Shown: positions 31,917-43,504 of the stretch, one piece after another | Layout of the letters: the number at the start of each line of letters is the position of its first letter | How positions within the stretch are numbered: the stretch's first letter is position 1 | DNA from: Methanobacteriota archaeon | Lineage (GTDB): Archaea > Halobacteriota > Bog-38 > Methanoflorentales > Methanoflorentaceae | DNA length: 64,000 nt | NCBI GenBank assembly: GCA_963720465.1 | Contig: OY970393.1 | Location: 1,888,001 to 1,952,000, forward strand | Reading direction: 5' to 3' | Program-made: the position numbers and the translations under genes | The notes under the pieces: generated by a model | The model's input: only the letters and a program-made list of their open reading frames with translations | The model's database searches: none | What the model was told of the DNA's origin: nothing

Positions 31917-32348
31917 TTACAGGTCCTTCGACCCTAACGTGTCAGCAATCATCCGCAGGATAATGTCAGGTACGGCGTGATTACGCCAGTTCATTTCCTT
32001 GATCTTTTCGAGTTCGATCCATTTCGCGCCGGTTACGCCGTGCCCCACGTGTGGAAATCCGCTCAAATACGCTGCTTCGAAACAAATGAGGAGCACTTGT
32101 TTGTCCCACTCGGTGTTGGGATCATACGACACGTAAGCCTTGACCTGCCGAGAGATGGCGACTTTCACGTGCGTTTCCTCATAGCATTCACGCGCAGCGC
32201 AGTCGTCCAAGCCCTCGCCGAGTTCCAGCTTGCCTCCCGGGAGTATCCAACGACCGGCCCAGTACCCGCCTTCTTGCTCCACCATCAGCACGAGGTTGCT
32301 CCGTATCGTGCACGCCAAGCAGCTGGTCACGTACCTGCCGTTCATCAT
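31917..32348 (-). CDS. NUDIX hydrolase
   Basis: PGGKLELGEGLDDCAARECYEET Nudix box. Confidence 0.9.
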   Translation of the reverse strand: MMNGRYVTSCLACTIRSNLVLMVEQEGGYWAGRWILPGGKLELGEGLDDCAARECYEETHVKVAISRQVKAYVSYDPNTEWDKQVLLICFEAAYLSGFPHVGHGVTGAKWIELEKIKEMNWRNHAVPDIILRMIADTLGSKDL

Positions 32349-32509
32349 TTACAGTGAGTCAGAAGGGGTTTATTAAGTTACGCAAATGGCCTTACAGGAG
32401 CCGAACTCGTGGCGAAGCGATGAGGCGCCGAGAAACGGTAGCAAGTAGCACTGCGGCAAACGTCGATGCATATATATTCATATTCGGATCAACATCCTAG
32501 ATTGAACTA

Positions 32510-32758
32510 ATGATGGGTCTAGAAGAGATCGAAGTTGACGAAGCCGTTGCTGCGTATATCAAAAAGCAACGAAAGGATTTTAGAGTAACGACGACGTGTT
32601 CGGGCGCTCTTATTCTTCCTACGTCCATAAGCCCGCCTAAAGAGACTGATATTTCCATCCGCGTCGGCAACAATACGCTCTACGTCTCTATCTACCAGGC
32701 GCGCTGGATCAAACGGATCGATCGGCGCATGCTCTACTACGTTAATTTGCAGGAATAG
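32510..32758 (+). CDS. Conserved small hypothetical protein
   Basis: DFRVTTTCSG..I.P....PPK.TD pattern recalled from methanogen small proteins; TATA-like box upstream. Confidence 0.65.
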   Translation: MMGLEEIEVDEAVAAYIKKQRKDFRVTTTCSGALILPTSISPPKETDISIRVGNNTLYVSIYQARWIKRIDRRMLYYVNLQE

Positions 32759-32821
32759 CTGCGCAGCTGCCACGAAGCTGCTGCTGGACGGCGTCCTTAT
32801 TATTCGTCCGCCTTTTGCGCG

Positions 32822-34046
32822 CTATAGACCGATGCCCTCCGTCGTGTGGACCGCGCGCCGCATCTCTTCTTGTAATGCCGGCGGCACGCCTTTGATCTCG
32901 ATGTCCAAGAAGCCGCGAACGATGGCAGACGTGGCCTCGTCTTCGCTGAGCCCCCGCGTCATAAGGTAGGTTATCTCTTCTTCTGCGATTTTTCCGACGG
33001 CCGCTTCGTGCGACATGTCGACGCCAGGCACCGCTCCGTCGAGTTCGGGCACCGCAAAAATCCTGCCGTGGTCTCCCAGAAGCAGTCCACGGCATTCAAG
33101 ATGTCCTTTTACGTCAGGGTGCAGCCCGGTAAGATTTCCCCGTGAGATGATCTCGCCGCCGTTCGTGATCGTTCGTGCGATGACGTCTGACTTGCACTGC
33201 GCTGCTTCCAGGATCACCCGTGCACCGACGTCCATGTGGGAACCGTCTGCCGCGTACAGCAGTGAGGATGACAACGCGGTGGCGTTCGAGCCGACGCAGC
33301 GGAGCACGGGGTACATCTGCAAGCTTCGCACGGGCTTCAAGCACACGTAGTTGTTGATGAACGTCGCGTCCTTCTCGATGATGGCGCCGCTCCTCGGGCG
33401 GACTGCCACCTCAGGACCCCAGTTATGGATCATCGTAAAGGAAAGAGTTGCTCCCTCCTTGACAAAAAACTCGGAAACCCCGATGTGGATGCCGTGAGCG
33501 AGCTCGTCCGCGGTTCGGCAGCCCGATATGATGTGCAGCTCTGAACCCTCTTCGGCGATGATGATGTTGTGTACGTTTTGTGACAGGCTCTCTTGAGCCA
33601 GAAACATGCACGCCTGGATCGGCATGATGATCTTCGCGCCCGCTTTTGCCCTTATGAAATAGCCGTTGCTGAACTCGAGGGCCGCCTGGGCGGTGTACTT
33701 GTCAGCGTCAACCGAAACTGCTTTCCACCAGGTCCTCTTTGAGTCCGTCGTACTTGTCGAGCGCGTCGGTCACGCTCAGCACTTCGAGGTTCTCTGCCGT
33801 TGCCTTGGAGTAGACGACGCTTGTGTCAAGCTGGAAAAACGATCCCGACCGGTCGGTCTCTTTGGCATCCACCCCCACACCCAGCGACTGGCTCTGATAG
33901 TTCGGGGGGAGCGTCTGAAGCGTGGGCACCGTCTTGTGAGCCGGGGCCTTTGACGTGTACTGTTCAAGCGGTATGTCGGGCCCATATGCCGCCTTCTTCG
34001 TGCGGGCTTTTTCGGCGCGTTCGGTCAGTTCATCTATCTCGGACAT
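32822..34046 (-). pseudogene. sufB: SufB/SmsB Fe-S assembly protein split by a frameshift near 33731
   Basis: The N-part MSEIDEL...DGLKE joins WWKAVSVDADKYTA...MPIQAC...HLECRGL...SHEAAVGKI in another frame. Confidence 0.85.
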
Positions 34047-34771
34047 TTGACACACTCCTCATAGCCGAGCTCACATATGTCGTGGAGGAGCTCTCCCGGG
34101 TTGCCCGAACACGCGATTTGACCGTCAACGAGAACGTGCGCCTTGTCCGCCTGCACGATCTGTAAGATGCCTCCGGCGTGCGTTATGATGAGCCCCGCTT
34201 TACGTCGCTCGCGCGAGCGTTTGTCCCGCTCGAGCAGCTTGTTTATCGTCTCTCCGACGAGCGCAATATTTTCAAGATCGACGCCCGAATCTGGCTCATC
34301 GAGCAGCACGAGGTCGGGGTTTTGAGCAAGGAGCTGCAGCAACTCCGTGCGCTTCACCTCCCCGCCTGAGAACCCGAGATTGACGTCACGCGTGAGAAAA
34401 TCCGGCGGGATATGAATGGTCTGGGCGACTTCTTCAGTATTAAAGGCACGGTTGCCGTGTTGCGCGGCAATCTCGGTCAGGTCCTTCAGCTTCACCCCGT
34501 GGATGGCCGGCGGGTGTTGAAACGAGAGCCCGATCCCGAGCCGTGCCCGCTCGTTAATGGGCAAATGGGTAATGTCTTTCTTCTTAAACAGGATTCGCCC
34601 CTCGGTTACGCGGTAGCCGGGAAATCCCATAATGGTAAGCACAAGCGTGGTTTTCCCTGAGCCGTTTTGACCGAAAAGCGCGTGGGTCTCTCCTTCGTTG
34701 ATGTTGAGGTCCAATCCCTTCAGTATGCTCTTGCCATCAACATCAACGTGCAAGTTTTGAATATCGAGCAT
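34034..34771 (-). CDS. sufC: SufC/SmsC Fe-S assembly ABC ATPase
   Basis: GQNGSGKT, RDVNLGFSGGE.KR.E, LDEPDSGVD; C-terminal GYEECVKC. Confidence 0.92.
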   Translation of the reverse strand: MLDIQNLHVDVDGKSILKGLDLNINEGETHALFGQNGSGKTTLVLTIMGFPGYRVTEGRILFKKKDITHLPINERARLGIGLSFQHPPAIHGVKLKDLTEIAAQHGNRAFNTEEVAQTIHIPPDFLTRDVNLGFSGGEVKRTELLQLLAQNPDLVLLDEPDSGVDLENIALVGETINKLLERDKRSRERRKAGLIITHAGGILQIVQADKAHVLVDGQIACSGNPGELLHDICELGYEECVKCPR

Positions 34772-34822
34772 GTTTTCTTTCCACCTTTGCTTAGTGCTGC
34801 GCGGCAGCCGCGCAGTCTCTCG

Positions 34823-35995
34823 TCACGATCCGTCCTTGTGCGTGTCGTAGGCGGGGTTCAACACGTCTTTGTACACGTCGCCACCGTCTATAACGACCTC
34901 AGGCCAGATAGAGACGCCCGAGTGCACTGTAACGAAGTCATACACAAGGACTCGTGGACCAATGACCGTATTGTTTTCGAGAACGCAATGATCCCCTATT
35001 CTCGTGCCGTTGTCGACGATGGAACCAGAGACGGACGTATGAACACCGATCTTCACATCATCGTAGATGATTCCGGAAAGCACTGACGTATTGTCGGCGA
35101 TGTCGCAGTCGGAGCCGATCGTCGTATAGGGGCTAATCAAAACATTATCGCCTACGGTGGTGTTCGCGCCGATTACCACGGGACCCACGATGGCGGAGTT
35201 TGAGCCAATGCAAACGTCGGTTCCGATTGTCGCGGGGCCATTCAAGCGCGCGTCTTTGATATTGAAGCGCCCGGCGATCTCTGTTCCGCGCAGATTGTCG
35301 AGCAGCCATCTCGACGCTTGCCTGTACGCCGTCGCGTTTCCAATGTCGGTCCAGTGGCCGCGCGCCATCCACGCCGACATGGGTTCGTGTGAACTCAACA
35401 GCTTCGGGAAAAGATCCTTGGCAAAGTCAAATCTCTGCTTGGGGATGTGGTTGAAGAGTTCCGGATCGCACATGTAGATCCCCGTGCTTGCGAGGTTGCT
35501 GAATATCTCGCCTGAGCTCGGCTTTTCCCTAAACCGATGGACGCGATTGTTGACGTCGATGTCGAGGATGCCGTATTCCCGGGGGTCATCGATGGACATC
35601 ACCCCTACCGTGAGCATGCTATCGTTCTTTCGGTGGAACTGATAGAACTCGCGAAGGTTGAAGTCCATGACGTGATCGCCCCCGACGACGAGAAACGGTC
35701 CGCCGTCAAGAGCGTTCTTGGCATTCTTGACGCTCCCTGCTGTGCCGAGCTTCTTTTTCTCGCGAATATAGCGTATTTCCACCCCAAATTTTGCACCGTC
35801 TTCGAGGTACTCCTCAATATTGCGGCCGAGGTACCCGAGCGTGATGACGATGTCATTGAAGCCGTTTGCTGAAAGGTGTTCGACGAGGTGGCCAACGGAC
35901 GGTTTGTTGAGCAGCGGGATGCTCGGCTTCGGTCGTTCGAAGGTCAATGGTCTGAGCCTCGTCCCGGCCCCACCGCACATAATGCACGCTTTCAT
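34823..35995 (-). CDS. NDP-sugar synthase (mannose-1-P guanylyltransferase-like) with left-handed beta-helix
   Basis: GGAGTRLRPLT..RPKP, LGTAG and WTDIG motifs; hexapeptide repeats. Confidence 0.9.
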   Translation of the reverse strand: MKACIMCGGAGTRLRPLTFERPKPSIPLLNKPSVGHLVEHLSANGFNDIVITLGYLGRNIEEYLEDGAKFGVEIRYIREKKKLGTAGSVKNAKNALDGGPFLVVGGDHVMDFNLREFYQFHRKNDSMLTVGVMSIDDPREYGILDIDVNNRVHRFREKPSSGEIFSNLASTGIYMCDPELFNHIPKQRFDFAKDLFPKLLSSHEPMSAWMARGHWTDIGNATAYRQASRWLLDNLRGTEIAGRFNIKDARLNGPATIGTDVCIGSNSAIVGPVVIGANTTVGDNVLISPYTTIGSDCDIADNTSVLSGIIYDDVKIGVHTSVSGSIVDNGTRIGDHCVLENNTVIGPRVLVYDFVTVHSGVSIWPEVVIDGGDVYKDVLNPAYDTHKDGS

Positions 35996-36112
35996 CGATG
36001 TCCCTCAGCTTCGTTCGTGCCTCGAGTTCGAGAACTTACCCTCGGGGTCGTCAGTTTCATAATAGAGATGCATTTATGAGCCTTAAAATATTGCCTTTAT
36101 GGATGGCATCGA

Positions 36113-36604
36113 TTAAAAGATGCCGTCTTCATTGATATTATCGATTATGGAATCACGCGCGTTGAGCTCGGCAATCGAATCGACGTAGCGTTCGAGGTGA
36201 ACGATAAAATCCTCAAGCTTGTCGAAAGGAACGATGAAGCAACCGCCCTCACTGAGAAGCGCATCGTCTATCCAACTCACGATGACGGGCACACTGCTGA
36301 GAGAAAACGTCCGATCAAACTCGCTGCAGCGCGCGAGGTGTTTTCGCGCTTGTGCCCTGATGGATGAGCTTCGGGGCCGAGCTTTGCCGTACCGCTTGGC
36401 GTCGATGAGCACGGTGGTATCGAAGCGGTGAGCGACGACGTCGATTTCGTGGCGCCTTCCGGCTGCCACGAAGACCTTCCTGAAATCCGTTGAGAAGCCG
36501 GCGCACTCGAGTACGTCGCGGGTCTGTTCCTCAAATTCCTGCCAGGTAGGCTGCGTGTCTGTTAGATCAGCCGCTTCTTGCTCGCCGAAGAGCGCAAGCA
36601 CCAT
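36113..36604 (-). CDS. Mrr-like PD-(D/E)xK nuclease domain protein
   Basis: WQEFEE...EIDVVA...IDAKRY. Confidence 0.75.
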   Translation of the reverse strand: MVLALFGEQEAADLTDTQPTWQEFEEQTRDVLECAGFSTDFRKVFVAAGRRHEIDVVAHRFDTTVLIDAKRYGKARPRSSSIRAQARKHLARCSEFDRTFSLSSVPVIVSWIDDALLSEGGCFIVPFDKLEDFIVHLERYVDSIAELNARDSIIDNINEDGIF

Positions 36605-36607
36605 GGG

Positions 36608-37015
36608 TTACTCCGTGTCTTCTCCCTCATCTTCCGCGTGCTCGTCTTCAATGTCTTTTGCGGCGTTGCGGAGGCTCGTGGCCATCTCATTTTTCAGAAT
36701 TGCAATCTCCTTGTCGACGTCCACCATTGGCTTTGGCACGTCTTTGTGAGATTTGACTGGCACTTTGGTCGGTCGTCGCCTGCGTCGGGTGCGTGTGTCG
36801 GTACTACCCTCTAGGTCGGCAAGCTGTTCGACGGCCGCCTTAAGTGCTTGTTTGGCGAACGAGAGGAGCGTATCGTTGAACCTGCCGCGTGATGGCGGTT
36901 CTTCTGTTTTTAAGAGTTCATACACGACGAGCATGCGAAGCTCTTTGATATCGCTCTTGAGCTCGCGAACCTCTTTGATGAGCGTGTCAATTCTTTCGTC
37001 GTTGGCAGCGGCCAT
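36608..37015 (-). CDS. Hypothetical coiled-coil protein
   Basis: Start overlaps the cdc6 stop (TAATG); coiled-coil N-terminus, Arg-rich patch, acidic tail. Confidence 0.65.
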   Translation of the reverse strand: MAAANDERIDTLIKEVRELKSDIKELRMLVVYELLKTEEPPSRGRFNDTLLSFAKQALKAAVEQLADLEGSTDTRTRRRRRPTKVPVKSHKDVPKPMVDVDKEIAILKNEMATSLRNAAKDIEDEHAEDEGEDTE

Positions 37016-38190
37016 TACGTATCCGTCCCCGCAAGCACGCTGAGTACATCCTCCGGCTCGTACCTGAGCTGAATCTCTCGCGTTCGCCCGCGTGTTCCTC
37101 TCCCTGTAAAATCGGTATTAATGAGTCGAATTGAATCAAGCTTTGAGATAATGTCATAAAATCGCGTGTAGCCGAGATGCGTCTCTTCATTGAACTTCTT
37201 GTAGAGGTCCCCGGCCTTTATCTTTGCCTCCTGCTCTGCTATCAGTTTGAGGAGGTCTCGCTCTTCCGCGCGCAACGAGTGTATGGAGTATGTGAGGTGT
37301 ACGAGGCGCGATTTTTCGTGTGAGTGCACCACGTCGTCTGCGGCGATATATTTTCGAGCGCTTATCTCCGCCCGCACTCCCGTTTTTCTTAGGAGGTCGA
37401 TCCCGACCCGCAGGTCACTTGACTCCTCTACAAGATCAACGACCATCTCGAGCACGTCGTCCGGCACCACGTTTGCATAGAATCCGTGCCGCACGCGGTC
37501 TTCCAGTATGTCGTGCACCTCGGCACGCTTGTACAGCGGGAAGTATATCTCCTCGGGAAGAAAGACCGACATCACGCGTGGATCGAGCGCCTTTGACATC
37601 TCAACGGACAGGTCGCTTGATATTGCGATGACCCCCACCTTGACCTCCGCTGACACCTCGTGAGCCCGCAGGAGCGCATACAAGACCTTGTTTACCGTGT
37701 TCTCATAGAACAGATAGTTGATATCATCAAGCGCGACAATGAGCACCTTTTCCTGATCGATGAGATATTTGGTAATCTTCTTGAAGACGCGCTTGAATGA
37801 AACCCCCGAGTCGGGCGGCGTATACTTGAAGAGTTTCTTATAAATCTCTGAGAATATCGCAAACCGAGTCGCATCGATCTGACAGTTTACGTATACCGGC
37901 ACGACGCTGTCGGTGTAGTTTTCGATCTCTTCGAATACCTTCAGTACGGCCGTGGTCTTTCCGGTGCCGTGAGGCCCTGAACACAGACAGTTGATGGGCC
38001 GCGCACCCCGCAGTGCCGGTCGGGCGGCGATCTTGAGCGCGCACATCTGCGTGTCTCGATGAGAGAAGTGTTCTGGAATGTAGTCTAATTCAAAATAGCG
38101 CTCATCCTTGAAGAGCGTCTGATCCCACTGCAGCAAATCCTTTGACGGTAGTTTCTGAGGCACGTCACTCGTTAAATGGTCACGTTGCAT
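37015..38190 (-). CDS. cdc6: Orc1/Cdc6 replication initiator family protein
   Basis: DYIPE..HRD.Q, GPHGTGKTT, VALDD, LDPRV.S, DLRVGIDLL, winged-helix GRTR. Confidence 0.95.
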   Translation of the reverse strand: MQRDHLTSDVPQKLPSKDLLQWDQTLFKDERYFELDYIPEHFSHRDTQMCALKIAARPALRGARPINCLCSGPHGTGKTTAVLKVFEEIENYTDSVVPVYVNCQIDATRFAIFSEIYKKLFKYTPPDSGVSFKRVFKKITKYLIDQEKVLIVALDDINYLFYENTVNKVLYALLRAHEVSAEVKVGVIAISSDLSVEMSKALDPRVMSVFLPEEIYFPLYKRAEVHDILEDRVRHGFYANVVPDDVLEMVVDLVEESSDLRVGIDLLRKTGVRAEISARKYIAADDVVHSHEKSRLVHLTYSIHSLRAEERDLLKLIAEQEAKIKAGDLYKKFNEETHLGYTRFYDIISKLDSIRLINTDFTGRGTRGRTREIQLRYEPEDVLSVLAGTDT

Positions 38191-38613
38191 GCTATTTAAT
38201 GTTATCCTGCCCTACGTGGAGGTATTCTCCGCTCCAGGCGAATGGCGCCAATTAAGAAGCTCCAAAGGCGTAAAAATTCCTTTCACGTGATTTCTGAACG
38301 GGTAAGCGGAAAAAAACGACCGAATGCCCGGCGGGGCATTCACCGAGCATGCCACGGACCATCACAGACGTGAATGCCATTACTTTCACAGCGCTCGTGC
38401 CATGCGCTTATCCTTCATAGCTACGTCGGCATATTCGGTGAAGATCCATGGTAAGTGAGACTTTTCGCGGGCTTATCGAACGTGCGGATTTCTATGCAAG
38501 GCGGGAGAAGTTCCGCTCACGTGACGAACGCCGTCGTGATCTGGAAGGGACGGAACGTCCTGTACTCGTTCATCCGTAGCCGCCGCCACGTTTCGGTTTA
38601 GACCGTTAATCTC

Positions 38614-39723
38614 CTATATCAAGTTCTCTTCGCGTGTGATCCACTTCTCGGGCCGGGCTACCTCTTCGAGCGTCGGTACATCGTGCGGAGAGCGCCAGAC
38701 CCTGTTAACGAATTCGATCCCCCGACTCGTTGCGATGTGCGAAACGAATCGCTCTCCAAGAACATACTGCTCCATCTTCAAGCCAAGTCCCGTTGCGCGC
38801 TCAAAGAGCATCTCTCTCCCGCTTTTGCGCCTTCTACGGAGTTCAAACTCACGCTTCATGTAACTGTACGTAGCGAGCATCTCTTTGCCGACCTTGTCCA
38901 TGACAAAATCCGAATAGCCCTCGATTACGCTCATCAGAGCTTGAATCTGATTGATGAGTCCTATCTGCTCGCTCGAGAGCGCCGCGTGCATAAGTGAGAC
39001 CTGTCTCCGCCGCGCGTAATGACTCGCGACGGCGCGGGCCCGCGACTGGAGCCCTTCTGAAGTGAGCCCATCATTGGTCGCCTCTAAGTACCGTTTGAGA
39101 AGCTGGTTTAGATGGTCATTGAGCCACGGCACCGACTCGAAGACGACCGCGTGAGTGGCTTCGTGGATGGCTATCCACCGTCTAAAGTCATCTCCTGAAA
39201 ACGACAGTTGGCGCTCGACGATCTCTATGTTAGGCTCCACAAAATAGATTTGGCCACTCACAATTTCGCGGCCGAAAAGGCTCGGGTCATACTGGCCGAG
39301 CACTTTCTTTGCGAGGTAGCCGAGAAGAAGGCCGAGACCGACCGTCGAGATGACCTGATTCGACTTGTATACGCCTTTGCTTATGAGCGAACCACTTTTT
39401 TGCGTCACGAGCGCTTTTTCCAGCGGGGCGAGCTGGTCTTCGAACGCCGTGATGTTCGTATTGATCCAGTCATATCGGTCGAAGACCCGTACCTCGCGAA
39501 CGCTCGGCGCTTGAAGCCCTGTTAACTCAACGATCTGGGGCGTTGGCTCGCTCACGAAAGTTTCGTAGGTCGGCAGAAGCCGTCGTTTCTCTTCATAGGT
39601 CCACCTTTCAGCGTCGCCGACGTTTGCCGCATTTTGTGCGACCTGCCTCCAGTCAATGGGGCCTTCGGGCGAGCGCAAGAATTGGAGACCGGTGTTTAAT
39701 ACCAGTTTGGGAATGTCCACCAT
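38614..39723 (-). CDS. Zincin-like metalloprotease (DUF2342 family)
   Basis: VLGQYD, WIAIHEATH, IEGYSDFVMD, KMEQY..GE.F. Confidence 0.85.
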   Translation of the reverse strand: MVDIPKLVLNTGLQFLRSPEGPIDWRQVAQNAANVGDAERWTYEEKRRLLPTYETFVSEPTPQIVELTGLQAPSVREVRVFDRYDWINTNITAFEDQLAPLEKALVTQKSGSLISKGVYKSNQVISTVGLGLLLGYLAKKVLGQYDPSLFGREIVSGQIYFVEPNIEIVERQLSFSGDDFRRWIAIHEATHAVVFESVPWLNDHLNQLLKRYLEATNDGLTSEGLQSRARAVASHYARRRQVSLMHAALSSEQIGLINQIQALMSVIEGYSDFVMDKVGKEMLATYSYMKREFELRRRRKSGREMLFERATGLGLKMEQYVLGERFVSHIATSRGIEFVNRVWRSPHDVPTLEEVARPEKWITREENLI

Positions 39724-39836
39724 ACTTATCTACTCATTGTGATCCGAGACGTGTCACGGACAGCGGTTTTGAGCCCGCATTGCGCGTCAAAGTCCGTCGC
39801 GACGTGAGAAAGCGCTCGGGCCTGTGACAGGAGCTG

Positions 39837-42800
39837 CTACATGAAGTCGACCAGACCCATCTGTTTTGAGGCATCGCTCTCAAACAGAGAGTCGACCGAC
39901 ATCTCAAGGAGCATAAGCCGTTGACGCGTGTACTTTGAGACGCCATAGTCGTTGGCAATCTGGATCGAGCGTGCCATATACTTTGTCACCGTGCCTTCGT
40001 GAACGGTGAGCACGATCTTACCGCCGCATTTTGGACAGTTGCCGCTGATGGGCGGCCGCCGTACCTTGTAATTACATTTCACGCATCGCACCTTCTGGCG
40101 TGAGAACGCCCTAAGATTGCCAATCAGATCGGGAAGGAAATGCGTCTTGATAACGCGCTCTGCGACGTCGCGCTGGTCTACCGCCCGTATGCGACGAGCG
40201 AGCTCAAGCTGGGCCTCCATCTTATCCATCATCGATTCGAGCACCTTGTAGGTGCTGTTTAGGGGACCGAGCGAGATCGACGAGGATTCATGGGTAAACC
40301 CAAAGCCGGTGTACTCGGCGTCTGTGCCCAACCGAGACGCCACGGTCGCAATGTGAACGCGCTTCGGATCTTCAAAGCCTAGCGTAGCGCGGTAGAACTC
40401 GAGCGGGTAGTGGTCGCTTATGTCGAGGTTGTGCGCCTCAGCATCGATCTCCTTGGGGTCGATCCGCGTGGTCAATACTAGTGGGGCGTCCATCTTGCCC
40501 CCGCGACGATCAGGAAGATACGACAGCGAGAAATTCAAGAGCCCGTCGAGAAGAAGCACGACGCAGTCTTCATCGCCGTCACAGTTTCGTCGCTTTGACG
40601 CGTGGAAGAACGGATGAGCGAAGCCTGCCGAAGCGGGGGTAAAACCTATGACGCGGCCTAGTACGCCGGCGCTAGTGTGCGGCGCTAGTCCGATCACTAG
40701 CGAACCGATGAGATCCTCTTTTGTTTTTGCTTCATAGTAAGGGGGCTGTCTATAGTACTTCACGAGCAGATCGTCGATGAAGTTAGACACGCGGACAAGC
40801 CACTCGCCACAATCTTGGGAAAGGATGAGGTCTTGTGGCGCAAGTTCGACGACATCGTCATCATCCGTCACGTCGTATCCTAAGTCGCGAAGCTTGCTCG
40901 TCGGAACTGAGATCTCCCGTGGCGTGAAGTGTGTGGTGGGCAGGTCGGTCAAATCGTACCTGCAGGTCCCGTCCTTGAACACAAAGATTTCGTGTTTTGC
41001 GCGCAACACGCCTTTTTCTATGGGCTCAGGCGTTTTGTTCTTAGATATTAGGCCCAATACACCTTTAAATCTGTCAAATCGTGCCGTTTCGTCAAGTCGA
41101 ATGAGCGCCTGCTGGTAGACTTTTCGCAGGTCGATGGACTGGATCCGATGACTCACTCCCTGTCTGTGACACTTTGGACACGTGGTTCCGTTCCGCAGAT
41201 CGCGCGAACACGTCGGACAGAACGTGACAGGCTCCGCGAATGCTCCGCATTCGCAGCGCGTTTGGTAGGTTTCGTTCAAGCACGTCGGACAACGGCGGAC
41301 GCCTATGTCTACGTCGATTATGCCGAGGTACTGCACGTCGATTTCCGACGCGCGTTCGGCGGCCGCTTTTGATGAACCCGCCGCCCTTCGAAGGGATCGG
41401 TCGCGCCCGCCTGCATTACCGATAGGGAAAAGCACGTGCGGGGGAGGCTTCATCTCCCGGGCTTTTGATTTCTCCGGTCGCCCCATCCGTCCTCCGATCC
41501 TTGAAGGCGCCCGTTTTCGGACTTCGATCCCGCTCAGGAGCGTTACGGCGTCAATCGGAGATTTGATGCGGGGGCTTTTTAGTGAAAACCAGTCCTTGCT
41601 AAGCGACTCACTGAGCCCAAGATTCGTGATGAACGCCGCTGCGTCCTCAATCACCACGCTGCCCTCAGCAACGACGTGAGGGACGAGGAGCGCTTCGAGC
41701 AGTTCCTGTGTCTTGGGGTCGCCAGGCACGATGAGTTCGACCGGCATGTCAGATGCATCTGCGGCGTCCCCCGATGGGGTGCCCCCTGCTATTCTACCCG
41801 TTTGGCTGACGACCTCGGCCAGCTGCGCGAGCTCATTGAGCGTTATGTCGTGCCACAAATAGGTAAACTTCGGGTGCAGCGGGATGCCGAAGTGCCGCGA
41901 AAGCTGCAGCGCGCGGGACGCGGTAAGCTCCTTTACGTCAACGGCGGGGACGGCCTCGTTCAAGCGTGTTGCCGCCTCCTCCATATCTTGTATCCACCAT
42001 TCGTGCACGTAGGGTGAAGGAATCAGTGGATGGTTATTGCCGAGGAAGTCCCCATAGTTTACGAGAATCTCTCCGAGGTCGAGTATCTCGTCGATGTCGT
42101 TTTTATGCGTAAGCGCCGCTTCGTACGAATCGATGCGGACGACGGTTCCGTTGTAGAGTTTTACGGTCGGTCCTTCGATTGAATCGACTGAGGAAATCCC
42201 GGCAGCCTTACCGGGCCGCTCCATCTTCAGTTGCGTTCCTGGTGCTAAGAATTCACCGAGCACGACCATCGTCGCGGGGTTGATTCCTGCAGAAGCAAAG
42301 CCCGTGTTGCGCGCTCGTCCGTACCGAAGCCGAAAGCCCCCTTTGCGCGAAGGATGCGAGAACACGGGTCGACCTGCGATGATGTCTTCCATGTACGTCC
42401 AGCTTGGGGCAATTTTGGTCTCGCCGGCGCGCTTCTTCACTTTTGAGCTTCTTTCTCCCTCTTCTTCGGCCACCTTAGCGGGAATAATTTCGTCTAGCCA
42501 CTCCCACCCGTCGAGTCCGAGCTGAGATACGTACTTCTTGAGCTTTGGCGCTTTCTGAGCCAGCCCCTCTGCCAAAACGAGCGCCATGCCGCCACGAACC
42601 GCGTTCGTCTTTACCCTGTCGAGGTTTCGAAAGCCTGAAACCTCCTCCTGTTCTGTTCCTTCGCCGTTGACGCAGATGGGACAATTCGTCACGATGGTTC
42701 TGATGTCACTGGCCGAGGGAGTATATTGCAGGTTTACGAGCGTCTTGTAGAGTGGAATCTCTTCCACATATCGTTCAACCTCCTCGTCCCGCGGCACGTA

Positions 42801-43307
42801 TCGGTCAATCCCGACCGCGCGCCGTACGTAGTCGGCGACTAACACGGAAAGCGCTTGGGCGGTTCCGCCAGCACTTCTGATGGGGCCGGAATAAAAAATT
42901 TGCAGGTAATCGGTTCGATCGTCGTTCATGCCGAGTTCCACCCTTGCGATCCCCTCAATGGGGGCGGCGACGACCCCTTCGGTCAACATCGCGACTGCGG
43001 TTCTCACTGCCTTTTCCACCACTTGGACTTTGCTCTCGTACGAGCCGAATTCGTTATTTGCAAAGCCTAGACCAATCGCGAGTGCCGCCTCCTCGCGGGA
43101 CATTGTTTTGTCAAGCTGCCGTATCCGCTGCGCCAGTCCCGGGATGCCGATAAGGTTCTCAACGCGCTCGGCAAGGTCACGAGCAGGCAGGATTTCGGGA
43201 GAAAGGGAGGGATCCTCGCCGTTTTTCCGCGCCTCTGACGCGATAGTGAAACAGGCCTCAAGCTCAGATTCTAGCCGTTCAAAATAGTGATTAATGTCCT
43301 GGATCAT
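39837..43307 (-). CDS. polC: DNA polymerase D large subunit DP2, intein-free
   Basis: [31 protein letters not shown] and [10 protein letters not shown] motifs; C-terminal zinc fingers. Confidence 0.98.
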   Translation of the reverse strand: MIQDINHYFERLESELEACFTIASEARKNGEDPSLSPEILPARDLAERVENLIGIPGLAQRIRQLDKTMSREEAALAIGLGFANNEFGSYESKVQVVEKAVRTAVAMLTEGVVAAPIEGIARVELGMNDDRTDYLQIFYSGPIRSAGGTAQALSVLVADYVRRAVGIDRYVPRDEEVERYVEEIPLYKTLVNLQYTPSASDIRTIVTNCPICVNGEGTEQEEVSGFRNLDRVKTNAVRGGMALVLAEGLAQKAPKLKKYVSQLGLDGWEWLDEIIPAKVAEEEGERSSKVKKRAGETKIAPSWTYMEDIIAGRPVFSHPSRKGGFRLRYGRARNTGFASAGINPATMVVLGEFLAPGTQLKMERPGKAAGISSVDSIEGPTVKLYNGTVVRIDSYEAALTHKNDIDEILDLGEILVNYGDFLGNNHPLIPSPYVHEWWIQDMEEAATRLNEAVPAVDVKELTASRALQLSRHFGIPLHPKFTYLWHDITLNELAQLAEVVSQTGRIAGGTPSGDAADASDMPVELIVPGDPKTQELLEALLVPHVVAEGSVVIEDAAAFITNLGLSESLSKDWFSLKSPRIKSPIDAVTLLSGIEVRKRAPSRIGGRMGRPEKSKAREMKPPPHVLFPIGNAGGRDRSLRRAAGSSKAAAERASEIDVQYLGIIDVDIGVRRCPTCLNETYQTRCECGAFAEPVTFCPTCSRDLRNGTTCPKCHRQGVSHRIQSIDLRKVYQQALIRLDETARFDRFKGVLGLISKNKTPEPIEKGVLRAKHEIFVFKDGTCRYDLTDLPTTHFTPREISVPTSKLRDLGYDVTDDDDVVELAPQDLILSQDCGEWLVRVSNFIDDLLVKYYRQPPYYEAKTKEDLIGSLVIGLAPHTSAGVLGRVIGFTPASAGFAHPFFHASKRRNCDGDEDCVVLLLDGLLNFSLSYLPDRRGGKMDAPLVLTTRIDPKEIDAEAHNLDISDHYPLEFYRATLGFEDPKRVHIATVASRLGTDAEYTGFGFTHESSSISLGPLNSTYKVLESMMDKMEAQLELARRIRAVDQRDVAERVIKTHFLPDLIGNLRAFSRQKVRCVKCNYKVRRPPISGNCPKCGGKIVLTVHEGTVTKYMARSIQIANDYGVSKYTRQRLMLLEMSVDSLFESDASKQMGLVDFM

Positions 43308-43504
43308 TGAATCATCTTGGCGAGTTCGGCGCGGAGCGCCGGCACCTGTCAGAGATGTTGTTGTCGATCCAAGTTAAGCTTTCTCTTATTCGCGCATATG
43401 CTAAAATCGCATAAGAAAAGCAGCGCCGCGCGCAGCGTCGGTGCGGTCTCGAGGCGATTAGAAATAGAGCTAAATACTTTTAGGCGTATCTTTTGCTGGT
43501 TCAA

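Noticed and set aside
38191-38613. Replication origin upstream of cdc6
   Set aside because: Only weak CTCCA.. similarities to ORB boxes; no clear repeated ORB/G-string or AT-rich unwinding element
39755-39800. tRNA-like GCGGTTTTGAGCCCGC
   Set aside because: No cloverleaf can be built around it
40560-40600. Intein in PolD DP2
   Set aside because: The [10 protein letters not shown] insertion site is continuous
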